From contig OY253673.1 in assembly GCA_958009085.1 (NCBI GenBank), forward strand, positions 62,001-126,000: 64,000 nucleotides of DNA, read 5' to 3'. Below the pieces are notes generated by a model. The model was not told where the DNA came from. It did not search any database and saw only the letters and a program-made list of their open reading frames with translations. The DNA comes from Protoeuglena noctilucae. Taxonomy: Eukaryota. A program made the position numbers and the translations under genes. Positions 49,816 through 63,331 of the stretch are shown here, piece after piece; position 1 is the stretch's first letter, and each line of letters begins with the position of its first letter.

Positions 49816-52440
49816 CGTCGCCACGGTGCCCTGCACGGGGGCCCTCCGGCGGACGTAGAGGAAGAGCCCGTTCTTGGTGTGGATGGTGGCGCCCGTGGTG
49901 ATGCCGGGGTCGAACCCGGGCACCAGCTCGAACGTGTACCGCTTGAGGATGACGGCCAGGCCCACCACGGCCTCCATCAAGGCGAATTGGTCCCCGATGC
50001 ACTTGCGGGGACCCCCCGAGAAGGGGATGTACCGGTAGTCTGCGGAAGGAGAGCGGATGCGGTGGTCGCCCGCGCTGCTTGGTGCGCAGCGAGTTGCTGG
50101 CAGCGGCCTCCCAGGCGCCGCACCCGTGTTTTGCTCCGAGGGCATTGGCCCGTCCAGGTCCCAGCGCCCAGGGACGAACTCGTTGGGGCGGTCCCACACG
50201 TCCGGCGACCGGTGGATGTTGTAGATAGACTGCAGGGAGCGCGCGAAGGCCAGAGCATGAGAGGGAGCACTCCCACAACCCTTGGTCCTGCACACCTCCA
50301 AGTCACTCCCCCACTCACCAGCAGCACGTCCTGCCCCTTCCGCACCGCGTACTCCTTCCCCTTGACGGTGATCTTGTCGTCGACCAGAGCGCGGCGGATG
50401 AGCACGGGCGGGTGCGGGTACAGGCGCATCGACTCCACGAGGCATCGTGACAGGAAGCGCAGGTTGCGGTAGTCCTCCAGGGTGGGGGCTTCCCTGGGGC
50501 CAAGTTAAAGAGAAAGAGTGGCGACGATGCCAGCCTCTCGACCTGCCCACACCTCCACACAAGCTCAAGCTTAGCCCCTCGCCATCGCCGCCCCCTCCAC
50601 CGCCACTCGTCCTCACCTGTCCCCCAGCACCGCGTCGATCTCCGCCTGGGCCTTGGCCATCTCTTCCCGGTTCTCCGCCAGCAGCTGCAGCGTCCACGTC
50701 ATGGCGCTGGCCGTCGTCTCGTGCCCCGCCACCAGCATCGACAGCAGGTCGTCCCGCAGCTGCGTCGACGTGGTCTCCTCCCGCGCCGCGATCAAGAAGC
50801 GCAGGATCGAGGGGTCCAAGTCGTTCAGGTACTCCTCCTCGCTGCGAGGGGCAGGCGAGGGGTGGTGAGGACGTGACGGTGCACCACCGGCACGGCCCAC
50901 CACACGGTCACTCTCAGCCACGCCCACGCCCCGCTGTCACCTGGCGGCCCTGGCCATCTCCTCGGCGTCCACCATGGCCTTGCACCGCGCGATGAGCTCC
51001 TCGGTCGTGGACCGGATCACCTCCACAGCCTGCAAGGATGCGACGGGTAGGCAGGTGCGAACTGACACCCACCGACACGGTCGCTGTCTCAACACCTCTG
51101 TTGCTGCGCACAAGATGGTCTCCTCAGCCCGCGTGCTGGTGTGCACCGTCTGCACCCTCAGCGCCCTCACCTCCTTGGCCTTGCGCTGCCGTGGGGACAG
51201 GGCGCACAACAGCTCGCTCTTCCAGTAGGGCACCAGGTCGGTCGACCTCGACTCGGTCTCCTTCAGGGCCGTGTAGACGGCCTGGATGACGGGGCTCTGC
51301 TTGGAGAGGGCGTTGAACTCTGGAAGCGCGAGGCAGGCGACACTGGCTCAGACAGCTCACGAGGGTACGCCACACGTGCAGCCCCAATCGTCAGTCAGTT
51401 CCACTCGCCGTAGTTGAACAGCGCCTTTCCGATCACGTCCAGCGTCATCTGCGAGAACCCTTCCTCCAAATCCACCGGGTCGTCGCCGTCCGCGGCCGCC
51501 TCGAGCTTGTCGGCCAGGCGCACCGCGGAAGGCCCGAAGACGCGCGCCAGCATGGCGTCCAGGTACCGCACGTGCAGCGCTGGGGCCACGACCTTGCGGC
51601 GCACGCGCCACGGCTCCCCCTGCGCCACCGCGAAGCCATCACCGAACAGGAACTGCGACACTTCCGTCACCAGGCCCTTGCCGTAGATGTTGCGCTGGGG
51701 GTTGTCCGAGCTCCGGAGGACGTGCTTGGCGGCCTCGGGGTCGGAAATGACCAGGAAGGACGACACGGGCCCCGTGGGGAGGAGGTAGATGGGCCCCGAC
51801 TGCGGGGAGGGAAGAGGCATGGCCGATGGATGGGTTGAGATGGGAGTGAAGCTCCGTGCGACTGGCACTGGCAGGCTGTGAGCGAGGGAGGGCGGGAGGT
51901 GCGTGCATGTATATCAGGCGCCCATCGTGATGAATGCCGAGCGCTCTGCTCCAAGCAATGCTGAGACTCTGTTCTATCGCACCTCAAGCATCCACTTGTA
52001 CAGCGGCAGGAACAGGGCCCCTCCGAGGAGACTCTCGACGTCCTCGATTTGCGCGTTGGCGACGGGGAAGCCGAACCGCCCGAACAAGAACTTGAGGGCG
52101 CGGGTGACGGCGAGCTGTAACTCCGGGCTCAGAGCCGACTGGCCCGCGCCGTCCGCATCAATCGACTTGGTGAGCTTGCCGGGCTGGGGCGGCGCCTGCG
52201 TGGCGACAGGGACGAAGCGGTCACACACGGCTCAGGTGCCCGCCCATGGCCCCGACGACGGCACGACAGGCGCGGGCGCACCTTGCTGGAGAGCGTCTTG
52301 ACACGGCAGCGGAGGCGCAGGGCCGGGCGCTGCGCGGGGCCCCCGGCCCACCGCGTGCGAGGCCCAGCGAGGAGGTCCGCGGCGGGGGCGCCGCGGGCCG
52401 CCTCCGGGGCTGCTGCCGGGCCATTCCCGGCGGCGATCAT
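49816..52440 (-). CDS. CYP97C: Cytochrome P450 CYP97C (carotene epsilon-ring hydroxylase, LUT1-like), spliced; exact 3' end uncertain
   Basis: [61 protein letters not shown] and the heme motif [10 protein letters not shown]. Confidence 0.9.
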
Positions 52441-53183
52441 CGCGGAGGTTCCAATACGCTATCCTGCGTCGTAGAAGAACGCTTGTCGACTTCGAGAATG
52501 ACGCCGCGCGCGCAGGGGACGCCGCGCAGGGGCGCCACCAACTGCTGGCGGGCACCCGGCGCGGCGGTCCATTGGAAGCGTCTCGCTGGCAAAAGATATT
52601 CCGCTGTCGGTTATGCAAGGGGCGCGTGCAGGATGGCGGGCGTGCCGCGACGCGCGCTCTGTGCCATCGGATATGGACGCGGCGCGGCTCAAAGTCACCT
52701 TAGAAGTGGCCACGGGTTCGAAATGCGCCGCGCCTGCCGAGCAATCGGCGCGAAATGGCGCTCAGAAGACTTGTAGAAGGGCTATATCTCCTCTCAGGGC
52801 TTCAGAAAGGGTGTGGGGCACAAGAGGCCCTGGCCACAGGCAGGCACTGCTGAGGCAGGCACTGCTGTCTGCCCCGCCGACGCAGGGGATGTGGAGACTG
52901 GAAGACGACGTGTGGTCGCTGCTGGTTGGCATACGTACTCTTGTGCAAGCAATGCCACCAGGCGCTGGCAACGACACGCCAGCCCAGTTGGTGTGAACAG
53001 TGCATGCGTACAAGGAGTGACTTTCAAGCGTATTGAGCACATCAGGGGACCTAAAAGATGGCCTGGCAGGCATCTTATATCCCGTCTACCCCCCGAAACC
53101 TCGACATTGAACCTCGACATTGACATCCATATCGTCCGTGCCCCTTACAGCCCTCAGAGGGCACGCATGCACAGCCCTGCCGT

Positions 53184-53979
53184 TCACTGGCTGGGCTCGG
53201 GCAGCTTCTCGTGGTGGTGGCTGTGCCGCTCCTTCTGCTGGTCCTCGTACGTGACGTAAGGGTTTGCGTCGGGCTTCACGTCGTAGTCCGGCAGGGACGG
53301 CCGGTACTGCACCTCCCCCGGCAGCAGCGGGCCGGTGTAGCTGGGCCCGATCATCGGCTCGTAGCCCAGGCGGCCGTAGTTGAGGATGTACTTGACGCGG
53401 TGCGTGGGTGCGGGCGGGTTGCGCATGAACAGGGTGCCCTGGCCCGGCGTGGCGGGAACCTGCGGGAGCGGGACAAGCGTAGGGTGCGCATGACCACCGG
53501 CGGAGAGCGGGAGACTCTGCAACCTCTCAGGGTGACGGCCGCGCCGAGGGCGGGCACGCGTTCGGGCGTCACCTTGTACGTGTCCCACAGCCAGTGCTCC
53601 TCGAGGCGGTCCTCAAAGTTCCGCACGAGACGGCGCCCCTCGGCCAGCGGGCGGTCGCGGTTCTGGGCGATCTGACCCCGCAGCTGCTCGACCTGCGAGA
53701 ATCGACAGCCGTGCGGGGTTCGCGGGGCGAGAGGCGGGGGGCAGACGCACGTCAACGCATCGAAGAAGGCGCGGCGCGAGAGAACGAGGGAGTTCGGCGC
53801 CGCAGGAGCCGCAAGCGAGGCTCGATCGACGCACAGGCGCGCCGGGACGAGCAGGGCGCGCAACTTGCCGTGTCCACCCACGGCTCGCGGTTGCCCTGGT
53901 ACCATGCCTCGATGCACCGCAAGGACCGCCAATATGCCCGCATCAGGCGCCGCCTGTGCTCCACCGCCACTGTCGCCAT
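53184..53979 (-). CDS. Mitochondrial complex I subunit NDUFB9/B22-like (LYR family), divergent, 3 exons
   Basis: The spliced product MATVAVEHRRRLMRAYWRSLRCIEAW…R…VEQLRGQIAQNR…E…DTYKVPATPGQGTLFMRNPP follows the B22 pattern (LYR-like helix, W, PxxPGGS/TxFxRN). Confidence 0.6.
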
Positions 53980-54461
53980 TTGCCTCCCCTTGCCCTCCCG
54001 CACCGACGCACGCCAGTCCCTCCTGCAGCCCCCCTACGCGGCGATCTCCCCTCTGCAACAACAGAAGGGCCGCGTGAGGCTCGCTGGGCTCGCAGGCAAG
54101 CCCGCAGAGGGCGGTAAAGCTCCGATCGCTCTGCCTCTTCAGCAAGCGCAGGCACGCCACGGCGCTTTTCAATCCAGCGCGACTTGCGCGGGCGGACCTT
54201 GTCTCGCGGGTGTCGCAGCTTTTTCGCACACCGCCCGAGCCTTCTGAAACCTCCTCCGCCTGCTGTCAGCGCCTGATGCACGAATGAGCGCAACGCAATG
54301 GCCACAGTGCGACGTGGGACCCGCAACGCCACCCGAAAGAAATGCCCGAGATGCACGAATCCAGTTTCAACAGGTTTTGAGAAGCCAACGCCCGGCCCCT
54401 CGCGAGAGGTTCGAGATTACGAGAACGACGAAGCATCGCCGGAGTCTCCAGCGCGGGGGCG

Positions 54462-56339
54462 TCAAAGGTACAGCTGAATCAGCTCGTCGCTGACCGCCGC
54501 CGGCGTCAGGACGCCCAGGTCCGTGAAGAGGAGAGAGATGAGGTGCGGGGGGGTGTAGTCTCGGCTCGGATTGTCGATCTCCACGTCCAGGGGCAGCGTG
54601 GGCCCCAAGTCCACCGCCTTTGGCTCCGGGGCGAAGTCCCGCTGGCCCAGGGGGTAGATCCGCGTGAACTTGTACGACTCCGCCGCGGAGTAGAAGGGGA
54701 TGTTGAGAGCCTGCAGACATGCCGCGCACCTTATGGTCCCCACGGTCCTGTACCGAACGCCTTTGCACCCGCGCTCAGCTCTGCGCCGCCCACCTTGGCA
54801 AGTAGCGCGGCCTGATAGGTGCCGAGCTTGTTGATAATCCCTCCCGACTCCACCACGCCCTCCGCCCCCACCAGCACCATGCTGCAGTCCCCCAGCTTGT
54901 ACGCCATGGCGCTGTCCAGGATCATCGTCACGGGCACTCCCAGCGCTCGCAGCTCCCGCGCCATCTGCGGGCAGAGACGCCAAGCCCGTCCAGATGGCAA
55001 CGTACGCACGGCGACAGGCGAGCCGACGCAGCGCGGGCCACCCGCGCCACCCGCGCATCCGCCCCTCCGTTCGGTCCGCCTCGCCCTCGCTCACCTGCGC
55101 CCCTGTGCTGTCCGGGCGCCCCTCCGTGCACACGACAGAGAACCTCCGGGCGTCGAGCGCCGCTGCCTTGAGGAGGGTCAGCACCACGCGAGAGTAGCCG
55201 TGCACGAGCACCGTCGCGCCGTCCGTGATGAAGCGCTTGCCGTGCTGCGCGAGAGTGTGCCGCGCGGCGTGCGAGATGTCCGCGAACGCACGGCCACGGG
55301 CGATGAGCCTGCGGAGCGCATCGGGGTTGCCACGTCATGAGGCACAAGGCTGGGCGAGGCAGCCGTGGTGGGGTTGGCATACAGATGACTCTAGCGCCCA
55401 GGCCCTCACTTGACGCGCGTCTTCGACAGGTCCCGAAACTCAAGGGCGGACGTGCGCGCCACGTATCGCAGGAACAGCTCGCAGCCTGCCTTGAGGGAGA
55501 TGGCCGTGGGGTGGCACAGCCGGAGCAGCTCGGCCCCTTGGTTCAGCTCTGTTTGCAGCTCCATGACTGCGGTCACAGCAAGCTGGCGCCCGTGAACAAC
55601 CATCCTCTATTCCCGGTGCTATCCTTCTGTGGGAGCGTGAACATGAGCAGACGTGCGCCGTCGGGGCGAATGCGGACTCACTGGTGCTAGCTTTGGACTT
55701 CTCGATGACGGTGGTGAGCGCCTGGATGGCGGCGACGGCGATCGCACACGAAGGGTCTTTCAGGCTCTCGAAGAAAGCCCGGATGACGGGGCTGTCCGCG
55801 GCAGCTCCGTGCGCCGCAGTCGACGCCACGGGCTGGGAGGGCTGCGAGGCGGAAAAGTTCGCACCCGCAAGGACTTACATACAGAGACATGGCTGAGGTG
55901 GGGCGCGGGCCCGGAGAACGACGCCACCCTCGCGCACCTGGCCCGGCGGGCGGGGCACCACGTCGGATCCCCGCGAGGTCGCCTTCAGGCGGCTCTCCGC
56001 GTTCCCGCCGCCCTCTATCGCCTGTTGCATCAAAGAGGCGCCCTGCGCGCAAGAGAATCGCGGAATGTGGCGTCCGGCGCGCCCGGGGGATGCGCTCTCG
56101 CACCCGCGTTCCCCGCCCACCTTGCCCTCCACGCTCGCGCCGAACGAGCCCACCACCGGTATGCCCGGCGAGCCCTCCAAAATGCCTAAGTGGTGCGCGT
56201 GCGCTGCCGCTATGGCCTGCTTGTCCTGCTGGACAAGCAGCCCGCCCGCCACCAGCCCACCCCCGCTCGGCGAGCGCATCATCGCGGAAAGCCCACCCGA
56301 TGCGGAGGGCGTCCGCTTCGGCTTCGATTGCTGACTCAT
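54462..56339 (-). CDS. EIF2B1: Translation initiation factor eIF2B alpha subunit, spliced
   Basis: AVAAIQAL, SLKAGCELFLRYV, VLVHGYSRVV, TEGRP, VGAEGVVESGGIINKLGTYQ, AAESYKF, DYTPP…LLFTDLGVLTPAAVSDELIQLYL. N-terminal exons inferred. Confidence 0.93.
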
Positions 56340-56852
56340 GGCTGAAAGCGGCCCCCCAACATGCAGCGTGCACCCCGCCCTCCCCCCACCACGCCGGAAG
56401 GAGCGTCAGCCGCGCCGCACGCGAGCAGGCTTGGGCTTCAAGTGCAGGAGAAAGGCCGCCTGTCTGTCGGGGACGTCCGGTCGCCCTCGCAGGGATGCAC
56501 GACGTCTCCACTGCACGGGTTGTGCGCGCCGGACAGGGATGGACCGGGCAACCCCTAGGCCTCGGTGATAGGGCGAGTCTGCTGCTCAGCACCGCAGCCG
56601 CGATCGCGCTCGTAGCCTCGCGCCGCCGAGCCCAGCAGCGTCGGTAGGGTCCCCCCCGCCAGCGCTCGCAGCGCTGGCTTTCCCGTGGCGCTGCGCTCCC
56701 CGTCCAGCGTTAGGGACGAAGGACGACGGGCCACCAGCCATGGCCTTGTGATTTGCGCACTCGAGGCGTCAGGCAGGCTGCGAGAGCGCAGACCTGGTAC
56801 GGGGTCCTTGATCTCGGGGTCCGCGGGGCGGGTTCCGCGGCCGTCGTCCGCT

Positions 56853-59800
56853 ATGGGGTCTAGAGGCAACGGGTACGGGGGCGGGGGCGCCCTGCACTCC
56901 TCCAGCGTCGTCAAGATGAAGGGGCTCCCGTTCAATGCGACCGAGAGGGACGTGCGGGACTTCTTCGCGGACTTGAGGGTCAAGCGCATTGCGTTCGTCA
57001 TGGAAAGCGACAGGCGGCCCTCGGGCATGGTGAGATACGACCCTGCGCTCGCAAATTTCGCCCCCCTGCCCCCCTCGGAGCCCGCCCGCCCGAGCCTCCC
57101 CAGGGCCCCCGGCCGCCCCCCCGTCGGCCCCCCGTGTCGGTCCCCTTTTCTCGCCTCGCCTGCCATGCCTTGCGCGCGGCCTAGGAGGCCCCGACAATAT
57201 CGTTGGGCGTCTGTTGCAGTGGAGCCGGTCCCCCGCCGCGCCTGGTGCGGCAGCGATCCCGCCGATGAGCGCGTTGCTCGCATTGGGGACATTTACCTCG
57301 CCTGTCGCGCGCGGGGGCGGGGGCGAGGCTCCCAGGCGCGGGCCCACGCCTTCGTTTCCCTCTCGGGACCCCCTCGACCCCCGCCTCGCATCCCCGAGCC
57401 GCGCTTCTGGATTTGGGCGGTCCTGGTGATCTCGTCCGACCTGCCGCCAGCTATTTCGCCCCGTCCCCGCACCGAGCGCGGGCGTCCTCGCTCGGGGAGG
57501 GGCCGCGCGGCACCGCAGCGCGCGCGCCCCCCTTGCCCGCCGGGTCCTTGGATTTCGGCATCACACGATGCGTTTCGGGGCTCGCGGACGTCCGGCGCGG
57601 GCGAGGGCGCGGTGCGGGGGGCTTCCTTCGTCCCCCCACCCCCCTCCGCGGCGCGACGCGTGTCCTCCGCCGCACTCTGGGCGCGTGTTGCGCGTGTCTG
57701 GGGACTCGGCGTCCCCGCGGCAGATGCTTTGGTCGACCGATGCGGCCCGGCGACCCTGGCTGCCTGCCCCGGCTGACGCTGTGCTTTCCAGGGGCAGGCG
57801 GGCTTCCGGAGCGCCCCTGCAGTCACTCCCATCGCGCTATCTGCTGCTGCCGCTCCGTCAGTTGTGACGGAGCCGGGCCGCGGCCGTCAGAGCGCGCTGA
57901 TTTCGCGCGGAGGACTTGCCCCGCTGCGACCCACAGCAGCGCCCCTCCCCCCGCCCCCGGGACGGATCCGCGCCCCGCCGTGCGCCCCTGCAGGCGTTCG
58001 TTGACTTTGTCAACACCGAGGAGGCGTCCAAGGCCCTCGCACGCAACGGGGACTACATCGGGTCGCGGTACGTCAAGCTGCTGCGGGTTCCCGTGCAGGA
58101 GGTGAGGGTGCAGCGCCACGGCGGGCCTGGATGTTACTTGAGGACGTCCCGCACCTCGAGCATCGATCACGCGTTGCACCCCGCTCGATCGGAGCGCAGA
58201 TGGAGAGCCAGGTCGGGCCCACGAAGGAAGCGCCCATGCCGGCCGCTGCTCCCGCGGCGAACGGCGGCCACGCGGCTTCGGGACAGGCGCCCGCGCCCGC
58301 GCGGCAGGAGTCCGCGCCGCCGGCGACCAATCCCTGGGCGCGCCCGGCCCCGGCGACCGCGCCCGTCCAAGCATCTGCGCCGGCGCCCCAGCCCACGCCA
58401 GCTCCGGCCACGGCTGCGGCCGCGGCCCCGGTCCCGGCCCCGGAGCCCCAGGTGGCACGCCCGGCGCCCTCGATCATCTCGCAGGGGTTCCGTCCCTCGC
58501 CCGCTTCGGCGCCGGCCCCGGACGCCGACGCGCTGGCCGCGCAGCTGCCCAGCGACCTGGGGCAGGTCTGGTCGGCCTTCGGGGGGCTGGGCCTGGGGCT
58601 GGGGGCGGCCGCGGACGCGCCGCTGCCGGCCCCAGACCTGGGCATGGGCATTGGCTACGGCACCTCCCTGTTCAGCATCAACCCAGGCGACAGCCGCGGG
58701 GGTACCCCCGCGCCCCTCGCGGACGCCGGCAGCCCCTGGCACCACGGCGCGGGGGGCGACGGGGGCGTGGGCAGCCCCACCCACCACGGCCACCCGCACG
58801 GCCACGTGCATGGCCATGACTCGCTGCACGGGGGCGTGTTTGGAGCGGGGCCCTCCCCGCTCCGCAGCGCCGCGGCCGGCCGCGAGCAGGGGCACCTGGC
58901 GTGGGGCGCTCCCCCGCCTCTGCCCGACATGGGCATCCACCCCGAGGCGTCGGCGCCGGGGTCGTTCCTGGGGGCGGCCCCTGGGCCGATGCACGGGGGG
59001 CTGGCGGGGCGCGGGCCTGCCGGGGGGATGAGCGCTGCACTGGGCGGGGTCGGGTTGGGCGTGGGCGTGGGGGGTGGAGGGGCGCCGGGGATGGCGCGGG
59101 GGGACCGGGTGCTGCCCTCGGTAGGGCAGAGCCCTTGGGGGGCGCCGGGGCTGTCGTTGCCGGCGTCGCTGCCTGGGCTGGGCGAGGTGGACGCGGGCGT
59201 GGGGGGCGGGGCGGGCCTGGGCCTGGCGAACGGGGTCGGGCGGGGTGTGGAGGGCGGGCCGCCAGCCGTGTCGGTGGGGAGCCTGTCGCCGGCGCAGGGG
59301 GCGTCGGGCGCGGCGTCCCCGGGCATGGCGGTGCCGGGGGCGGGGGGCGCGGGGCACGCGAGGGGCGCCAGCGCAGACGCGGGGGAAGGCGGGGCGGGGT
59401 CCGGGTCCGGGGCCCCCGCCAAGCCGTCGTCGTGGGCGGCAGTGGCGTCGGCGTCGCCGGCGTGGAAGGACGTGGCGGGGCGGGGGGGTACTGCGGGGGC
59501 CGGGGGGCGCGCGAACGGGCCGCGGGTGGCCACGGAGGGAGGGGCGCGGGAGCGGGAGGGGGCGGGGGGCGACGGGTCGTCGCCGACGAGCAAGGGGTCC
59601 GGGGGGGCGGCGGCGCAGGTGGTGACGGTGGCCACGGGTGAGGCGCTGGCTGGGCATGTTGCTAGCACGCCTCTGCGGGCATTTCAGGGTGCGTGAGCAT
59701 GTGCGTGAGCGTCACCTTTTTGCACCCCCACGCAGTGACGCGGGAGCGTGCCAAGGGCGCCGCGCGGGCAGCGGGCGGGGCCGGAGGGGGCTCCTCGGGA

Positions 59801-60438
59801 GGGGGCGGGGGCGGGGGCGGGGCATCGTCGGCCGGCAGCGGCGGGGCGGCGGGTGGGGGCGCCCCACCCCACAAGGCGGCGGGGGGCAACTCCAAGGCGA
59901 GGGCACAGGTGGAGCGTGTTGTTTGATCGAGTTCATTCACCACGCACAGCTGCCCTCGCCCATCTGCCCTCGCTTATCTGCCTGTCCACCTGTGCATGCC
60001 GCCCGCTCTCCCTGACCCGCTGGTGCCGATCGTGCTACCCCAGGTGGTCCGGGCGGACGGCAGCACGATCAAGATGCGGGGCCTGCCCTTCCGCGCGAGC
60101 ACCGAGGAGGTCGTGAGCTTCTTCAAAGGTTTCCACGTCCTCCCGGACTCGCTGCACTTGGGGGTCGACAACCTGGGGCGTCCGTCGGGGGAGGGGTGGA
60201 TCACGTTTACGAGCCAGGAGGAGGCAAAGGCGAGGGGCGGGCTGTTAGGATAAACTGCTGGGGGTGGCTCCCAGCAGCACGCTTGGGGGTGACGCGTGAC
60301 GGCCACATGGCCACACAGCCGTGGTGGAGTCTCACGACCCCGTCATCGCTGCGTGGTCTCTTTCTTTCGCAGAAGGCGTTTAAGGAAAGGAATCGGCAGT
60401 ACCTGGGGCAGAGGTACATCGAGCTCACGCTGTGCTAG
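56853..60438 (+). CDS. hnRNP F/H-like (quasi-RRM) RNA-binding protein with a long low-complexity linker, spliced
   Basis: Two qRRMs: VVKMKGLPF…FF…RPSG.AFV.F…IGSRYV and IKMRGLPF…FF…GRPSGEGWI.F…LGQRYIEL. Confidence 0.88.
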
Positions 60439-60732
60439 GCCTTTGGTGCGAGGGGGCGTTGCATGGGTCGGGGTTGAGGGATATGTGCAGCGGGAAGGGT
60501 GGAGGAGCTTGCACGCGGGGTGTGCACAGACTTTTGAAAGGGGTTTTTAGACTCGAGGGGCAGAGGAATTCGACAGGTTGGTCCGACATCGGTTGACGAA
60601 TCGCGGTTCAGATGGAGATCCTCTCACTTGCACGCGCGCCCAGTACCGGACACAGCGCTTGTGCCAAAGATCTCTGGGCGAGCCTCGCGCAACGCTGCAC
60701 GGGCGTCAGTGCCGCATCGAGACCCCAGGCGC

Positions 60733-62496
60733 TCAGTGGACGCCCCTCACAATGTCGAGGAGCGTGGCGGCCGCAAAGACCAGGAACAGCGAGCCGCCCA
60801 CGTACGCCACCGCCTTCTCAGAGACGTACTGCGGGGCACGAGATCGCCGGGTTGGGAGTGCTATGGAGCGTCAAGCAAGCGATGCGATTGCGACGGACGC
60901 CCACAATGTGCTCCCAGAGCCGCGTCCCACAGCCGCGCTGGCTACTTCTGCCTTTCTTCCATCCCTCCCCGCGTCGCACCTTGCCCATGGCGTTGCCCCC
61001 CGCGACTGCCAGCGCCGTGGCCACCCCGTGCCCCGCCACAGCCCCGGCCACGACGCCGACTGGGGACGACGCGGCAGCGAGGGCGATGGTGGCGATGAAG
61101 GACTTGTCGCCCCATTCGGCGGCGAAAACGAGCGCAAACGTCGACAGCACCAGAGCGGCAGACTCCTGCGGGGGGCAAGACCACTGGGCCAGCACTTGGC
61201 ATGCCGACCTTGTGCCATCATGTCATGCCAGGTGGGGATGCCACCCTTGCACAACAGCGACGCGACGCATGGCGCACGAATCAGCGCGTGACAACCCTCC
61301 GGTTCACAGAACCATGGACAGCACAATGCGCAAGACGCGGTGGTTGGTCCCAACCCACAGCTCCCCGAGTACGTGTTCCCTCGCCACCCCATTCCTCGCC
61401 TTATCCTTGAACGACCCCTCTTCCAGGACCTCCCCCGCCTCCTCCTTCTCCTCAGCGGCCTTCGTGGTGAAGGACTCGGCTCCCGACAGCGTGCGCACCC
61501 CGAACCACACCAGGAGGGCCACGGACAGGAGGTCGTCCCAGGGGATGCCCGTGTTTGGGAGGAGCTGGGGAGGCAGAGACGAGAGAGGGCGTCGGGCAGG
61601 CAGGCTCGATCAGGACCGTGGGGGCGGTACCCCAATGTGGCCTTCTCTCCCCTTTTTCGGCTGATCCTTATCGCGTCCAGCCACGCTCGTCTTCGCTCCT
61701 CACCTCGTCCACCTCGTGCAGGGCCACCCCCAGGGCCACCGAGATGACCGTCATGACGGCGAGCGCGCCAAACGTCCCCGCAAACACCGCCTCTTTCTTG
61801 GCCTGCAGCGCCAGCAGCAGGGCGATGAAGAACGTCTTGTCCCCCAACTCTGTGAGGCGGAGGGGGGCTTGTTGTCGAGAGAGAGGGGCATAGACACGGA
61901 CACAGGGCAGTGGCTGTCCGTCCCACCCCCACCACGCCCGCCCTACGCCCGGAGGGGGCCGGGAGCCCAACGCGCCTGAGAAGAAGATGAGAATGAATCC
62001 GGAGACGAAACCCTCTCGCAAGGGGTCGTCGCCCACGAGCCCGGGGATGTCGATTGATGGCACGGTCGCCGCCATCGCGGGTGCGCACCCCGCCGCGGCC
62101 GCGACGATGGCCAGAGCCATCGCGACCGCTGGAGAGATGCGGGAGGGATGCGAGAAGAGCTCGTCCAGTCGCTGCGGGGATCCAGGGCGGGGAATCGCGT
62201 GAGGCAAACCTCCTCCACTGATCGCCAGGCCCGCGGGGCCCGCGAAGGCTTACCTTCCCCACGGCGATGACCAGATGGGAGACGTGTGCGTCATTTGTTG
62301 CCGAGGAGGGCGCCTCAGTGCCGGAAAGTTGACGGTCGCGCGCGGGGGTCGGGGCCAGCGGATGCACACGTGACGCGCTCTGGAGCGGGGGAGCGAGCGA
62401 TGGGCGGGCCCGAGCGTGGCAGGAACCGTTTGTTGAAACACGATGGGCGCATCGCGGCCCCGTGTTGCGCGCAACAAACGCCCTGGACGCGCTCAT
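60733..62496 (-). CDS. GDT1/TMEM165/UPF0016 Mn2+/Ca2+ transporter, chloroplast PAM71/CGLD1-like, spliced
   Basis: Two ExGD motifs (FSELGDKTFF and FAAEWGDKSF), AASSPVGV..GAV.GHGVAT, and a transit-like N-terminus. Confidence 0.9.
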
Positions 62497-63331
62497 GGCG
62501 ATGCAGATGTCGATCCACGTCGAGTGCACCAGCTACAGGTCGGGACGGGTCCCTGATGGAGTTACCAGAGCCAGCTGCTGAAAAGCAAAAGCGCCTCAGG
62601 CAGTGCCAGGAAAAAACTCAGTGACGAGCAGTGCCACGTGAGCGAAGCAAGGCCCTTGTCCCACGGGTAAGGCAAGAGGGCGTTCTTGGAAGGCATGCAG
62701 TACGTCCTAAAATAGAACTAAGTCGTTTTCCCCCACGCATTCTCGCATATGTCAAAGAGACGGGGAGGGTGAGGGTTTTCACCTTGTCAGTCCTTGCGAG
62801 GCCCTGGCTGGGACAAAGAGCTTTGTCCCTGACGCCAGTTACTCACCTTTTTGAGTCATTGCGGCGCCGCAAGCAGCTGAGGAAGGCGCTTCCAATTTGC
62901 GCCAAATAGCGCCTGCGCACTGCTGTGACAGGTAACCCCGCCTGCGCGGCTTGTGGAGGGTCAACAAGCGCGTTTGGTCGTTCATGCAAGCAAACAGAGG
63001 TCGTCTTTGACAGCAGAGAGAAGAGAGGCGCAGGTAAGGCCCCTCCACAGCCCCAGGGCACCGACAAGGGCGGCCCTCCTTGCCGGCTCGTCGCCTCGCG
63101 CTGAGCCCTCTCTACGCCCTGGGGCCCTCAGACTCGCAACATTCTGTTACCTGGGTATTCATGACACCGACGAGGGGGGAAACGCGCGACTGGGGGCACC
63201 TGCGGGGCCCGGCTCGCATCAGCTCGCGCAACACGGAATTAGGTGCGTATTTTCCCGTGAAATCGAACGCGGCCGCCGGTAATGGACACGGTAGAACTCA
63301 AAGCTGCGCGGGAGCGTGCTATATTACGAAA

